A stretch of 64,000 bases of DNA from the NCBI GenBank assembly GCA_951406725.2, contig OX597826.1:38378001-38442000 (forward strand), given 5' to 3'. Shown piece after piece: positions 1-12,949 of the stretch. The position numbers and the translations under genes are program-made. How positions within the stretch are numbered: position 1 is the first letter of the stretch; every line of letters begins with the position of its first letter. Source of the DNA: Octopus vulgaris. Its lineage: Eukaryota. The notes beneath the pieces are model-generated. The model ran no database searches and was not told where the DNA came from. It saw nothing but the letters and a program-made list of their open reading frames with translations.

Positions 1-621
1 TTTAAATGCAACCACTGAGAAACAAGAACAGTATCGTAATGTTTGGAGCATTTGATATGAAACTCTTCATTGTAATAAAGTATTCTAAAAAAAAACTGCA
101 ACTGTTCAGAGAGAAAATACTTTCTTGGCACCTCCTTCTCTGCTTTTCTTTTAATGTTTCCAATTTTTCATTAACAAAGACCATCATTCAGTAATTTAGA
201 GATTAAAGACTCCTTCCTTTCTCTATTTTCTCTTGTTTTCAATTAATGGTCTCTACAAAGGATTATTGAATATGATTAGGGGTGAGTTTCAGGGGTTTCA
301 TTGCTGTTGTGTATTTCCCTGATTAGTCCTGTTCAAGACAGAAAATCAGTAGAGTCATTACAACCTCAGATAGAATGGTCTGACAATATTTACCCTTCTT
401 CTTTGTGCTCTTCATCATCACCATTGTTTTAACAACCACTTTTCCATACTTGCATGGATCAGATGGAGTTTCTTGAGGCAGTTTTTCCATAGTTGAATGC
501 TTATCCTGTCACCAAACCTCACCTGTTTCCAAGCAAGGTTATATTTCGTCATGGCCAGACAGGTTTTTGCAAGCTATTGGAAATGATTGACACGGCTTAT
601 ATGACAGTGACTCTCATTTAC

Positions 622-905
622 ATCATCATCATTGTTTAATGTCCGCTTACCATGGTGGCATGGGTTGGATGGTTCAACTGGGGTCTGGGAAGCTAGGAGG
701 CTGCACCAGGCTCCAGTCTGATCTGGCAGTGTTTCTACAGCTGGATGCCTTCCTAATGCCAACCACTCCGAGAGTGTAGTGGGTGCTTTTTACGTGCCAC
801 TGGCACAGGGGCCAGAGGAGGTTGGCAATGACCACGATTGGTTGGTGCTTTTTACGTGCCACCGGCATGGAATCCCGTCGAGGCGTCACTGGAATCAGCC
901 AATTT
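622..905 (-). mobile_element. RTE-associated SINE-like repeat (CAT-tailed family)
   Basis: Shares the motif ggctgcaccaggctccagtctgatctggcagtgtttctacagctggatgcc...aaccactccgagagtgtagtgggtgc with copies at 12950, 16260, 43150, 54430 and 55230; (CAT)n tail. Confidence 0.75.
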
Positions 906-1415
906 TGGATGGTGCTTAACTATCACAAAATTTTGAGACAAGGAGATACATACGCACTTACACGCACATATATACTTCTGGTTTCGTAGAAGAAGGACAT
1001 GTTTCCTTCGTTCTGGGAAAAAGAAAAAACAAACAATAAAGGGATTGCATAAATCGATGAAATAATCTGCTAGAACTGATAAAAATGTAGAACTTGTTGT
1101 CTCATAGCGGTCTACTAGGATATATTAGTTAAAAACCGTAATATATTCCGCTTCAAGCCAAATATAATACATTAAAGTTAATTACGCATGCAAGATACTC
1201 CATCAAAAAAGCACATGGTGGCAATTTGTAAGTTTATTTCCAGCCGACTGTATGAAGCAAAAAGAATTGTTTTCTTTTCTTTTTTTAAAGAAAACTTCTT
1301 CGTATAGGGACACGGATTTGGAATTTTGCCTTTTGCGAATAAGTATCCTTTTCGTTTGATTAATTTCCTGTAATTCAATGTAACTTTCTGAATTAGGACC
1401 TCATGTTTGTTTACA

Positions 1416-2935
1416 TTCTGTGAATAATCTTCTTTCAATTTCTGTTGCAGCGCCCACTTCACTTTTATCAATTTCTTGCTATATCTCTTTAAAATTATTC
1501 AGAAATCCTTTTCATTTGTTTAAAATTGTTTCATTTTAAACAGATTATTTAGAAATGTAATTGTAAAAAATTATTTAGAAATATAATCATAAAAAGAGAA
1601 CTTTCGTAGTTACAGATAGGTATATATTTATTTGTTACTTTATTTATATATATATTTACTTATTTGTTACTTTATTTATATATTGTACTATCCAAGTAGA
1701 ATCTTTTGCATAACTTCTTCTCTTTCATTACTTTCTCTCTCTCTGTCTCTTCACCTTCGCCCACTTCGCTTTTATCAAATTCTCACTATATCTCTTTAAA
1801 ATTATTAAGAAATCCTTTTCATTTGTTTAAAATTGTTTCATTTAAAAAAAAAATTGTCCCGTCACTTAGCGGTTCGGCAAAAGAGACCGATAGAATAAGT
1901 ACTGGGCTTACAAAGAATAAGTCCCGGGATCGATTTGCTCGACTAAAGGCGGTGCTCCAGCATGGCCGCAGTCAAACGACTGAAACAAGTAAAAGAGTAA
2001 AAGAGTAAATATAATCGTAAAATGTTATTTAGAAATATAATCGTAAAATGTTATTTAGAAATATAATCGTAAAATGTTATTTAGAGATATAATCGTAAAA
2101 AGAGAACTTTCGTAGTCACAGATAGGTATATATTTATAATTAGTTTAGAAGAGAACTTTCGTAGTTGCAGATAGGTATATATTTATTTGTTACTTTATTT
2201 ATATATATATATATTTATTTGTTACTTTATTTATATATTCTACTATCCAGGTAGAATCTTTTGCATAACTTCTCTTTCATTACTTTCTCTCTCGCTGTCT
2301 CTTCACCTCTCTCTGTCATATCATCTTTCTCCTCTCAGCCTCTCAATCTTCCTAAATATATAGACACGAACATTAGAAATATAGTCGTAATTAGTTTAGA
2401 AGAGAACTTTCGTAGTTGCAGATAGGTATATATTTATTTGTTACTTTATTTATATATATATATATATTTATTTATTTGTTACTTTATTTATATATTCTAC
2501 TATCCAGGTAGAATCTTTTGCATAACTTCATCTTTCTTTTCTTTCTCTCTCTGTCTCTTCACTTCTCTCTATCACACCATCTTTCTTCTCTCAGCTTCTC
2601 AATCTTCCTAAATATATAGACGCAAACATTCTCCTGTCACTCTCTCTCACTTTCTTCTTATCTTCTCTCAGCCGCTCAATCTTTTGCATAACTTCCTCTC
2701 TTTCATTTCTTCCTCTCTCTGTCTCTTCACTTCTCTCCATCACGCCTCTTTCTCTGTCTCTTCACTTCTCTCTGTCACACCATCTTTCTTCTCTAGCCTC
2801 TCAATCTTCCTAAACATATAGACGCGAACATTCTCCTCTCACTCTCTCTTAATCTCTTCTTATCTTCTCTCAGCCGCTCAATCTCTCTAAATGCATAGAC
2901 ACTTTCTTTCTCTATTTCTTCTCTACCCTCTATCA
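1416..2935. repeat. Degenerate nested tandem repeats (AT-rich and CT-rich units)
   Basis: agagaactttcgtagttgcagataggtatatattta recurs at ~1595, 2101, 2150 and 2401; aaatataatcgtaaaatgttatttag occurs three times at 2008-2100; CT-rich blocks repeat at 2260-2930. Confidence 0.8.
1856..2008 (+). mobile_element. 3' fragment of tRNA-derived SINE
   Basis: Matches the 3' half of the SINE at 4458-4872 (gcggttcggcaaaagagaccgatagaataagtac...ctgaaacaagtaaaagag). Confidence 0.8.
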
Positions 2936-2993
2936 CACTGTTAAATTTTAAATATAATTAGATAGATAAATAAATAAAATATCCAAAAAAAAA

Positions 2994-3995
2994 ATGTCCA
3001 GAACCTGGAGGAGCATGGAATTGGCATTGTTTTTAAGAGCCTGGTACTGTGCTGATGGAGATAACCCAAACAACATAATTACAGCTGCAGTGAAGAGCAA
3101 TGATTACACCAGGACGGTAGCACAGATAGAGCGAAAGAAGCAGGAGTTTATATGCTCCTATGCACTCATGAGATCCCATATCAGCACTCTTGATGCCATC
3201 TTTGACAACGAACAAAGCAAAGATGACAAGGATGGAGGCAGGGATGCAGATGAAAGATGTCACCTCCACTTGGTAGACACCTAGGACAACAAAGAAGATT
3301 CGAGCGAGAAACCTGCCCGGGAAGTAAACCCAAGTGCAAGTACCCCTACCAGCATCAAAAGGCAAAACCATGGAGATGAAAGAGCCAAAAAAGAAGTAAA
3401 AGAAGGAAAAACTAAAAGAAAAACAAAAGATGAAACAGCCAAAGAAGGAAAAACTAAAACTCAAACAAAAACAAAAGATGAAACAGCCGAGGAAAGAAGC
3501 AAACCTGACTATCCATATACCAAAAGGGATAGAAAGAGACAGCACACACGAATGTGTAAATTCTACCTGAAAGGTGTCTGCTGGCATGGAGAGGAAGGTG
3601 CAGGCTGCTGTTTTGCACACCAAAGACCCCGCCACATAAACATGAAACAGGGCGGAAACCACCTGCCAAAATTAAAAGGAAAGGACTACGCACCACCTGC
3701 CCCAGATGTGGTGCGTGTTACAAACCATCAACATGTTATTGAAAGGGCAGTTGTTGAACAAGAATCTTTTTTGTGCATAGCACAAAAGATTGTACAGCAG
3801 CCAACCTGGCTCCACCAAACTCAAAATCACAGATGGGACTATCCACAATACACAAGACCTCCACAGTAAATAGACTAAAGGTGGACACCACTGGCAACAA
3901 CACACACATCACCTCGATGCTCCTACTGAACATCAGAGGACTGCTAACACTCAGTAACAGGACAAAAATCCCTTTCTTGAGAGACCTTGTTTGTT
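2994..3995 (+). mobile_element. Degraded 5' part of a LINE: ORF1 with CCCH zinc finger plus start of ORF2 endonuclease
   Basis: Broken ORF with CKFYLKGVCWHGEEGAGCCFAH (C3H-type finger), followed by MLLLNIRGLLTLSNRTKIPFLRDL, typical of an APE endonuclease N-terminus (NxRGL..K). Stops and frameshifts present. Confidence 0.6.
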
Positions 3996-4026
3996 GCATG
4001 CAATCAAGCCTTATGCATAGCACTTA

Positions 4027-4190
4027 CAACAGGCTTCTTTCAGTTTCCGTCTACCAAATCCACTCACAAGGATTTGATCAGCCCAAGGCTAAAGTAGAAG
4101 ACACTTACCCAATGTTCCACACAGTGGGACTGAACCCGGAACCATGTGGCTGGTTAGCAAGCTACTTACCACACAGCCACTCCTGCGCCT
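4027..4190 (-). mobile_element. tRNA-derived SINE 5' fragment
   Basis: Reverse complement of the SINE head at 4458-4620 (A/B-box-like tggctgtgtggtaag / ggttcagtccc). Confidence 0.7.
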
Positions 4191-4414
4191 ATATTTTTTG
4201 GCAATTTTTCTCCTCAACAACAAACTTTCTAAGTCCAGGACTAAGAGGAGTGGAGTGAGTGTGTGCTTCCTTGTCTTGGCATCATGCACTAATTAATTGT
4301 CAACAAATACCAACAACATACAAATGTGAAAGCCTGTTAGAACCCAGGGAAAATATCATCCAACTTGGAAAAGTGTAAGGGTTAGTGTAAAGAAGAGCAG
4401 CCAAAATTTGAAGC

Positions 4415-4456
<42 letters not shown>

Positions 4457-4457
4457 C

Positions 4458-4869
4458 ATTGTAGGTGCAGGAGTAGCTATGTGGGAAGTAACTTGCTTAC
4501 CAACCACATGGTTCTGGGTTCATTCGCACTGCGTGGCACCTTGGGCAATTGTCTTCTACTATAGCCTCAAGCTGACCAAAATCTTGTGAGTGGATATGGT
4601 AGACAGAAACTGAAAGAAGCCCGTTGTATATATGTGTATATATATGTATGTATGTATGTGTGTGTATATGTTTGTGTGTCTGTGTTTGTCCCCCCAACAA
4701 CGCTTGACAACTGATGCTGGTGTGTTTATGTCCCCATAACATAGCAGTTCGGCAAAAGAGACCGATAGAATAAGTACTAGGCTTCCAAAGAATAAATCTT
4801 GGGGTCGATTTGCTCGACTAAAGGCGGTGCTCCAGCATGGCTGCAGTCAAATGACTGAAACAAGTAAAG

Positions 4870-4872
<3 letters not shown>
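4458..4872 (+). mobile_element. Full-length tRNA-derived SINE between (ATT)n tracts
   Basis: tRNA-like head, internal (TA/TG)n tract, conserved tail; many partial copies in the window; duplicated at 13663-14070. Confidence 0.8.
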
Positions 4873-4905
<33 letters not shown>

Positions 4906-5187
4906 GTTATTATTTTTATTATTATTATAAGAGAAGTACATTTGACAGAATTGTTGAAGCTTTGAAGATGAAGCCCTATTGGGCCTGATGTTTAAGTTTT
5001 GTTTCTGTCACAGAAGGAAATTGGAGTATGTGTGTATATATATATATATCAAAATAGGCAACAAGGATATCAAGAGGTAATGCAGTACGATCGTTTCATG
5101 CATTCCACAGGCATATAGCATTATGGCATAATGGTTAAGAGCATGGGCAACTAATCCCAAGATTCTGAGTTCGATTTCAGGCAGTGA

Positions 5188-5234
<47 letters not shown>

Positions 5235-5281
5235 TCAAAAAATAGCTTAGGAATGAGAACCCAGGTTCAAAATTTCCCCAA

Positions 5282-5329
5282 GACACCTGATGAAACCTGG
5301 AGGGTATATCAGCCGAAACATTGTGTTAA
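5282..5329 (+). ncRNA. Minimal Penelope-type hammerhead ribozyme (degenerate) downstream of a tRNA-like head
   Basis: gacac-CTGATGA-a-acctg...cagcc-GAAAC-ATT-gtgtt: stem I gacac/gtgtt; stem II partly broken; GAAACGTT palindrome altered to GAAACATT. Confidence 0.65.
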
Positions 5330-6554
5330 CAACAAACAAGATGAGGACAAATATCCATCAAATGTAAATAATGTCAATAATGTGCACCAACCATATCCAA
5401 GTTTTTGTAAGATTTTGGATTTGCATCTAAAGTTGCTATGAATTCTACAACTGAGACAAGTTGAATAACCTTCACATTCAACACAAAACAGTGTCTTAGT
5501 CTACATGGACACAGATGTTCCATACCTAATTTAAAATATACAAATGTTGTCATTCTATCAAAACAGTGTATGCCATATTGAAAACAAATGTATTTCTATG
5601 CAGTTTACTCTATTTTTCTCTCTCCTCTCTCTCTCTCTCTTCTCTCTTCTCTTATTTTCTTTCCTTCCTTATGTTTTCTTCATTATTAACTACATTAATT
5701 ACATGCATCACTATACATATTAACCTGGATTAGTTAAATGTCATTCACACTTGTCTCCAAATCACTAAGCTACAAGCAGTGATATTGCTATCCTTTCCTG
5801 TCAACAAATCATCCACTGATTTTGCACCTTCAAAGAAAAGCAGTTGAGGGTTTATGGAAAAAAGGGCACCTAACAGTAAAGCAGTGCTTCAATATACTGA
5901 ACTGGATATATCTGATATCATACTAATATGTTTTGAAGCATAAGCCCTTTGACACTGCATATACAGCGATTGGTGTGTGCATCTCTGCATATGTTGAAGT
6001 GTATGTGTGTGTGTGTTTCTCCACATACATTGTAGTAGTGCACTTGTAGATTATTGTAATTGCAGTGAATGCTTATTTGTCATACAATCTTTATGTAGGA
6101 CATGCAGTGAACTAGACAGATTTTTTTAAATGTCAGGCAAACATATTCAAAACATACGATGTTAAAGTAAAAAGCATCTGACAAGTTTTATGGGGCAAAC
6201 TTGATCACCAAATGAAAGTTTCAACAATAACTGTTATGTTTTTATGAAAAATGTAATTTGACTCTTTTTGCTATAAAATTTGTATTTGGAACTTAAATTA
6301 ACATAGACCTTGATGGAAGGTTTTAATTTACATCTCTTTGAAACAAGAAATTTATATTTTAGAATCAGGAGTAATCTCAGAATGGGCTTGCATCAAAAGG
6401 GTTAGTGGGTGATAGGGGTAAATAGATGATGATTCATCAATTATGAGTTGGGTTAGGGTAGTGTTTGTAAGTGTTTGTCATTTGAAACAGGTCACATATT
6501 TGTGTTTAGGGTCCTCGGTCCTTTTTTCCCCCTATCAGTGTTCATACTCGACAG

Positions 6555-6906
6555 AGTGTAAGTACCTTGAGAGAGAAGTTGGACCTAAGAAGCATCAGTT
6601 GCGGTGTGCAAGAGAGATGTTTGCGCTGGTATGGCCATGTGGCGAGAATGGATGAAGATAGGTGTGTGAAAGTGCCACACCCTAGCTGTTGAGGGAACCT
6701 GTGGAAGAGGCAGACCCAGGAAAACCTGGGATGAGGTGGTGAAGCACGACCTTTGAACTTTAGGTCTCACCGAGGAAATGACTAGAGACCGAGACCTTTA
6801 GAAGTATGCTGTGCGTGAGAAGACTCGGCAGAACAAGTGAGATCATAATCCATGGCCTCAGTCCACTTATGCATACCTTTCCTTCTTGGGACACAAAACT
6901 CTACTT
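6555..6906 (+). mobile_element. RTE-clade LINE 3' end fragment
   Basis: Encodes VEGTCGRGRPRKTWDEVVKHDL, the typical RTE C-terminal GRP.K.W motif. Confidence 0.75.
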
Positions 6907-7787
6907 ACACTTTTCCAAGTTGGATGATATTTTGGTTCATATTAGCCAGATGACAACAGTACACATCAGAATTAATGGTCTGGTTTTGTGGGAAAAGCTC
7001 ATAATAAATTAGTGCCTTTATGATCTCACCAAACACAAAGCATAGCTTTTTTGGAATGGATATCCATCTTTAGTTGCTGTTTTGGGGGATTCTTACACAA
7101 ACTCCAGGTTCTTTTTCGCACTACATTTTCGTACACAATCCATTTTTCATCTCCATTCAAAAGTTGTTTCAAAAAAGGCATGCTTCAATTCCGTTTCAAA
7201 AGCATATTCCAAATGGAATACCAGTCCATGCAATTCTTTTCTGAGAGTTTGTGAGGGACCCATATTTTATGGCGAGAAATGTATTCTAGATTCACTAGGT
7301 GTTCATGAGCCATACTTTTAGAAACTTCCTACTCCTCTGCAAGTTCTCTAGTCATGATATTTGAGTTTCTTCGATTTTTGCCTTCAAAACCTCTTCATCC
7401 AATTTTGAAGGCCTTCCACTGAGGTTATCATCTTCCAGCCTAAACTCCGCAGCTTTAAATTTCATGAACCATTTGATTCACCTTCCGCATCATCATCATC
7501 CTCATGAACTTCACAAATGCTTTTGCAAGTCTTTGCAGCATTTTCTCCTTTTTTTAAAAAAGAAAAGCATTACAATGCGAATATGAGATTTTTGGTTATC
7601 CATTTCAAATGTCAATGAAGGGTAGTCGGAATGAAAGATAAATCTATTTTTAGTCAAAAACAAAGAAGAGATGCACTACCACTTCAAATAACGCCAAACT
7701 TTTAACTGTGTTACGTTTCAGGTGTGTTCAATGAAGTGTTAAAAGATTTAGCTTAAAAACAGACAGAACTTGCCGGACAACCTAATA
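6907..7787 (-). mobile_element. Mariner/Tc1 transposon relic
   Basis: Terminal TATTAGGTTGTCCGGCAAG on the minus strand; degraded transposase N-terminus GENAAKTCKSICEVHE. Confidence 0.7.
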
Positions 7788-8145
7788 TTATCTGGTATTT
7801 CAATATTTCAGGGTTAGGAACCCAATCTTCAGGAAATCTATGGAGATGTTGATTGCTAACTTCTCTGGTCTGTAGTGTGTTATGAAGCAGAAAAGTTGCC
7901 TATCAACATTTATGTATATCTCTAGCCACATTTCGTTCTTTAGTCGCTACCTTCACTTAATATTATGTATATATATAATACTATATATATATATAATATT
8001 TATCGCACACATACTCACACGGCAGTAACTTTCGCCAACCGAATTCAATCACAAAGCTTCGGTCCGCTCGAGGCTATAGCAGAAGACACCTGCCCAAAGT
8101 GCCATGCAGTGTATATATATATAATGTTATATATATATATATATA

Positions 8146-8911
8146 TTCGAAGCCTTTAATCTTCAGTCAAGAACCGGATCATCCTTGCAATTTCAGCTGA
8201 TTAATCTTGAGATTGCTCCAATCTGGCCAGCCCCAAGGAAAAACTAAGCTAAGAGCATTTGATTCCTTGGAAAAAGGATCAAATGTGTATGAAACAAGGA
8301 CAGAAAAACGGACGATGTTACACGATTATAAATACAAAAAAATACAAAAAAATAATACGAATATAAATGCAAAAAAAACAATAATAATAATAATAATAAT
8401 AACAGGACACAACAACAGGTGTCTTTCAACCAGATATGAATTGAACTCAGCTGGCGTATTGAGTGAGAATTAAGCCTTACAGCAGATGAAAACAACGATG
8501 TTACCGTGCCAGTGGTCACGAGAGAAAAAGAGGAGCAAAGGAATTAAGGAGGGGGAGAAGAGAGTGAAAAAGAGGAACAAAGAGATTAAGGAGGAGGAGA
8601 AGAAAGAGAGTGTGCAGCCCGAAGAATCAAGGATTGGCAAGAAAAATGAAAGACAGGACAGTGAAGTGCAAAGTAAGAAAGGCAAATATATATATGAATA
8701 CAAAATGGGACAAGAACGCAAAACATTCAAATAGACGATACAAAAATCACGGGCGGGTCATTCGAAGCCTCTAATCTTCAGTCAAGAACCGGATCATCCT
8801 CGCAATTTTGGCTGATTAATCTTGAGATTGCTCCGATCTGGCCAGGCCCAAGGAAAAACTAAGCTACGAGCATTAGATTTCTTGGAAAAAGGATCGAATG
8901 TATATGAAACA
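8146..8911 (-). mobile_element. Diverged relative of the 780-bp array family (~615-bp unit with two rearranged-hammerhead repeats)
   Basis: Motif ttcgaagcc...tcttcagtcaagaaccggatcatcc...gattaatcttgagattgctcc at 8146-8219 and again at 8761-8834; (TA)n on both flanks. Confidence 0.8.
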
Positions 8912-9505
8912 ATATATATATGAAGGTTTGTCAAAACGTAATGCCATTTTGTTTAGGACAGGTATAATTACCAACACAGGAACATGTATCATACATCCCT
9001 ACCTCTCAACATAGTCACTGTTTCTCTCAATAATAATGTTCCACCTTCGAATGAGAGCATGTATCCTTGCCCCATAAAATCCTGTTGACTCTTCTTTGAG
9101 CCACTTCTTGAAGTGAAAACAGTTTGGGGTCAAAAACATGTCTGGAGTATTTTCTTTGAACTTTAAATATAGTTTGGTATAGTGAGAGAAAAAGAGAGGG
9201 AGTGTAGTTGTCTGTTATCTAAAGAAGATTTTTTTCCCTGTGGGTTTCTGCTGTATTTGCCAGCTTAAAAGCATTTATTGAATAGGTTTTATGTCCACTT
9301 GTGTGTGTGTGTTAAAGAAGGCAAAATATAAAACAAAAATAATGGTGTTCAGTAGTTGGTTCAATATACTGGCCACAGGAATTTCTGTCCAGGAAAGTTG
9401 TACATCTTCTTCTTTCTCTCACATACCCACTCTCTCTTATCATTACTCCCATCAACTCTCCTACATTTCTTTGTCTCACTTTCTCTCCCTCTCTTTTTCT
9501 TTCTG

Positions 9506-9537
<32 letters not shown>

Positions 9538-9773
9538 CGCCCCCCCCCCCCTCCCCATGTCCCTATGCCTACTATTACTCTCACCCCAGCACAATGAAGT
9601 GTCATTTAATAGTGAGAAAGGGGGTCAAAGTGTGACACACTGACACAGAAATTAGTTTTTGCATTTATTATATTAGATATATTCTTTTATGTATTTTAGC
9701 CAGGTGGATATGATCATGCTGGAGCACCTATAGATAGATAGACAGACAGACAGATAGATAGATATTAGCTTAA

Positions 9774-9993
9774 CCCTTTAGTGTTTAAACCGGCTATATC
9801 CGGCCCAAATAGTCTACTCATTTTATGCTCAAACTGGCCAGAACCAGTATCTCACACCTACCCTGCAATGTCATTCTAAAAATAAATAATTACATCTTTC
9901 AAATCTTGCAGCTACAAGATAATACCTGGTTAATTTTTTTAAATGTAAATGAATAAGGATTACTTCTGACATATTAATTTGAACGCTAAAGGG
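9774..9993. mobile_element. piggyBac-type MITE
   Basis: TTAA-CCCTTTAG ... CTAAAGGG-TTAA termini; related copies at 48284-48494 and 56652-56872. Confidence 0.8.
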
Positions 9994-10487
9994 TTAAAAG
10001 CCACACTCAGTGCAAACTTTTAAGATGGCTTATTGATCATGCTGCTCACAACTAAATACCTTATATAAGAGAAATGTTTTGAAAATTATTTTAGTTGTGT
10101 CTCGCCCCTCCTCAATCCCATTTTTATCCGCTCCAATGCTTTCGAATGGCAACCCACAACTATTGATTGTTGTTCAGGTGAGGATAACTATTCATGTCTG
10201 GTTAACTATTCATGTGAGGTTTATGACCATGAGAAAGAATAACTGAGAAGATTTCTTTCATTAACAAACCTTCTCATAATGAAAACACATTAGCAGATGA
10301 CACATTTCAATACTGCCATAAGCAATATCCATTTCACAGCATTTTGTTTCTTTACCTTTCATTATCCAGATTTCATTTCAAAACTTTTCACTGTTGTTCA
10401 TACATTTTTTTTTCATCACTGTTAAAGTTGTCCCTAATTTTGTAAATATCTTTTGAGGATTATACTACTTCTTAAAACACACCAAAA

Positions 10488-10900
10488 ATGTCTTCAGAAG
10501 ACTCTACAGATGCTGGAATTTCTTCAAATGCATTTGCTGTGTTCATCCTTATATTATTTGGAATCATTCGTTTTGTCTATCTGCTTTCGAATCCCATCAA
10601 ACAAGCCTTAGATACTTGCAGACTGAAACTCCTATCCTTTGTATTGGCAAGGTACTGGTGCATGGTACTGGAAAAGTATAAAGAAGAACTGGACAACTTC
10701 TTCCAGCCTCTTCACATGAAAAAGAAAGAAATTTCTGAAAATCTCGACGTTTTGGAAATTGGTATCGGAGATGGTACGAATTTCCCTTATTATCCGGAAG
10801 ACTGCAATGTACATGCTTTGGACATAGACGATACTTGTGAAGCAGTAGTGCAGAATAACATAAAGAAATATCCGCACCTGATGTTCAAAAAGTTCTACTG
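10488..10900 (+). CDS. METTL7A: METTL7/TMT1-like thiol methyltransferase, first coding exon (appears truncated)
   Basis: N-terminal hydrophobic anchor, SAM motif VLEIGIGDGTNFPYYP, then VHALD...KKYPHLMFKKF, colinear with METTL7A LLEVGCGTGANFKFYP...NRHLQFERF. Similarity stops near 10900. Confidence 0.75.
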
Positions 10901-11816
10901 TTCTTTCTTGTGATTTCGACATTTACTGTTTCATTAAATTATGTTACCCAAAATCCCAAAGAAATATTCTTCTTCCTTGTGTTGTATTTATTGCTTGACC
11001 ACCTAACTCTGACCCCTCTTTCTCAGCCTCACTGTCTCTCTCTCTCTCTCTCTTCGATTTACCACCTGATTCGCCAACATTTCCCCCCTAACCCTAACTC
11101 TATATAAACCAATGCATGCTCTGTTTCCCTTACTCGATTTTCAATTCCTCTGCAGAAAGAATATGAATTTCAGAAGATGCTCAGATAAGAAAATTAGTCT
11201 TTTCAACCTCGTTCATATACTCCTGTTGGTACTATTTAAGAAGAGTTGTCCCGGTGCGCGCACTCATGTACTTGTGTATCCGCGCTAGCTAGTCGTGACT
11301 AGTCGATCCTTATTTTGTGTTTTATTTACTTTGTTTAAAAAAATTATTTACTTTGTGCAAAAAAATTGGATCTTTTCCTTTTGAACGGCACTTTGTAACA
11401 TAATTTCTAGGAAACTAAAAAGTTTTAAACTTCGTATACTGGTAGAATGTGTTTATAAAACGTCATTTTCTCTTGGCTTTATTGAGAAAATTCTAAAGGT
11501 TGTAACATATTTCATCTAAAATTTCTTGCATTTCGGCAATTTTAACCAATCAATTACCTCCATTGACGTAAATAACATTCTGTGCAAAATGAATATATCC
11601 CTCCTTTAAGGAACAGATTGGGTTTATTTACATTTGTGAAGAAAAAAAGATACCCTTCCCCAACCCCTAACCCTAAATCTAAAATAGATTGAAATGCAAT
11701 AGATCAATACTAGGGCCATAATTATGGGTGACATTTTCATTTGACACCGCTATAAAAAAATCCCATTTTCCATAGCAGTGTTGTATGAAATTGTCACCCA
11801 TAAAAAATTGCAGTAG
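10896..11816. mobile_element. Unclassified insertion abutting the truncated METTL7 exon
   Basis: Repeat-like sequence with CCCTAA runs, an imperfect ~32-bp-arm hairpin at 11723-11802, and short terminal CTACTG/CAGTAG. Confidence 0.35.
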
Positions 11817-12949
11817 AGTCCAGTCAAATGGACGACCATGTTGAAGTGGCTACAAATATTACTTGTCAGCACAGCTACTGTGTTGATTTTAAAACTAGCA
11901 TTTTTTTCTTTGTTATTCAACTATTATTTTATTCAGTTAAAGATGTCTTATTATTTAAACAACAACCATAACTAGGTGAATAGTCACTCCTTTTTGTGTA
12001 CTACTTTCTTGGTCTTGGTTGTTACTGCTACTTGAAATAGCTCAAGAGCCAAGATTAGTTTTGTTTGACTAAAATGGCTGCCAGCTTACTGTTCTGTGGT
12101 TAGTCAGAACAAAGCTGGTAAAAACCTGTTGAAATGTCTGCTACAAACAGGTGGTGCTATTAAGTTAGACATGGCCTGGGCCAATAATGGCCGAAACCTA
12201 TCAAAGTATCAAAGTATCAAACAGGTTGTTTAACTAGTTAGTGAATGTGCCTCTGCAAGGTTGCTTGTCTTCAAAATTCCTCTCAAAACATACTGTACTG
12301 TCTTAAAATATGAGACAACCATGCAAGTACAATCATGTAGTTTAATTAGGACTGACTTCTCTGCTGTATTTCTTCATGAAACATTCAAATATCTGCTGTG
12401 TGTCTGTCCTTGTTTGTTTGTTTGTATGTGTGTATCTATTATGTAATATAAAATCTTACTGATGAACATGGAAATCCTGTCTATATTTAGTTTGATAGCT
12501 TAAATCTCACCATACTTCTGATATCAAGAATGTACTGCCGAATGCAGCTTCATTTGCAAAGCTATTCTACATGGTATTCTGAATATGTAATTGGAATTTT
12601 CAAATGTGGTTAAGAAGTTTCTTTCCCAACCAAAAGCACACACACACACACACACACATACAGTGAGCTTCTTACAGTTTCCATCTACCTCATCCACTCA
12701 CAAGGCTTTGAATGGCTCAAAGTTAAAGCAGATGAAACTTGCTCAAGTTGTTACACAGCTGGGACCAATTCTGGAATCACATGATTGTGATGCCAGCATC
12801 TTCATTGTACAGCTATACCTGCAACTATGTTTGTTAACTTCTTTGCATCTTCAAAAGTATGTGAAATACAAGATCTCTTACTTAAAAAACAGGAATGGTT
12901 TAGCGACAGGAAGAGTATCCAGCTGTAAACAATGCCTCAGTCATCATCA

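Larger units (their letters stand above)
4458..6906 (+). repeat. Local segmental duplication, copy A
   Basis: Near-identical to 13663-16208; the ORF track gives identical translations for 5008/14756 and 5253/14998. Confidence 0.95.

Noticed and set aside
11085-11680. CCCTAA telomere-like repeats
   Set aside because: Only 2-3 units at each site, inside a repeat element; not an interstitial telomere.
12084-12165. AYCSVVSQNKAG...LLQTGG as the missing METTL7 segment
   Set aside because: Only superficial CSV...GG similarity; in-frame stop just upstream, no DVVV/TL motif, no good acceptor.
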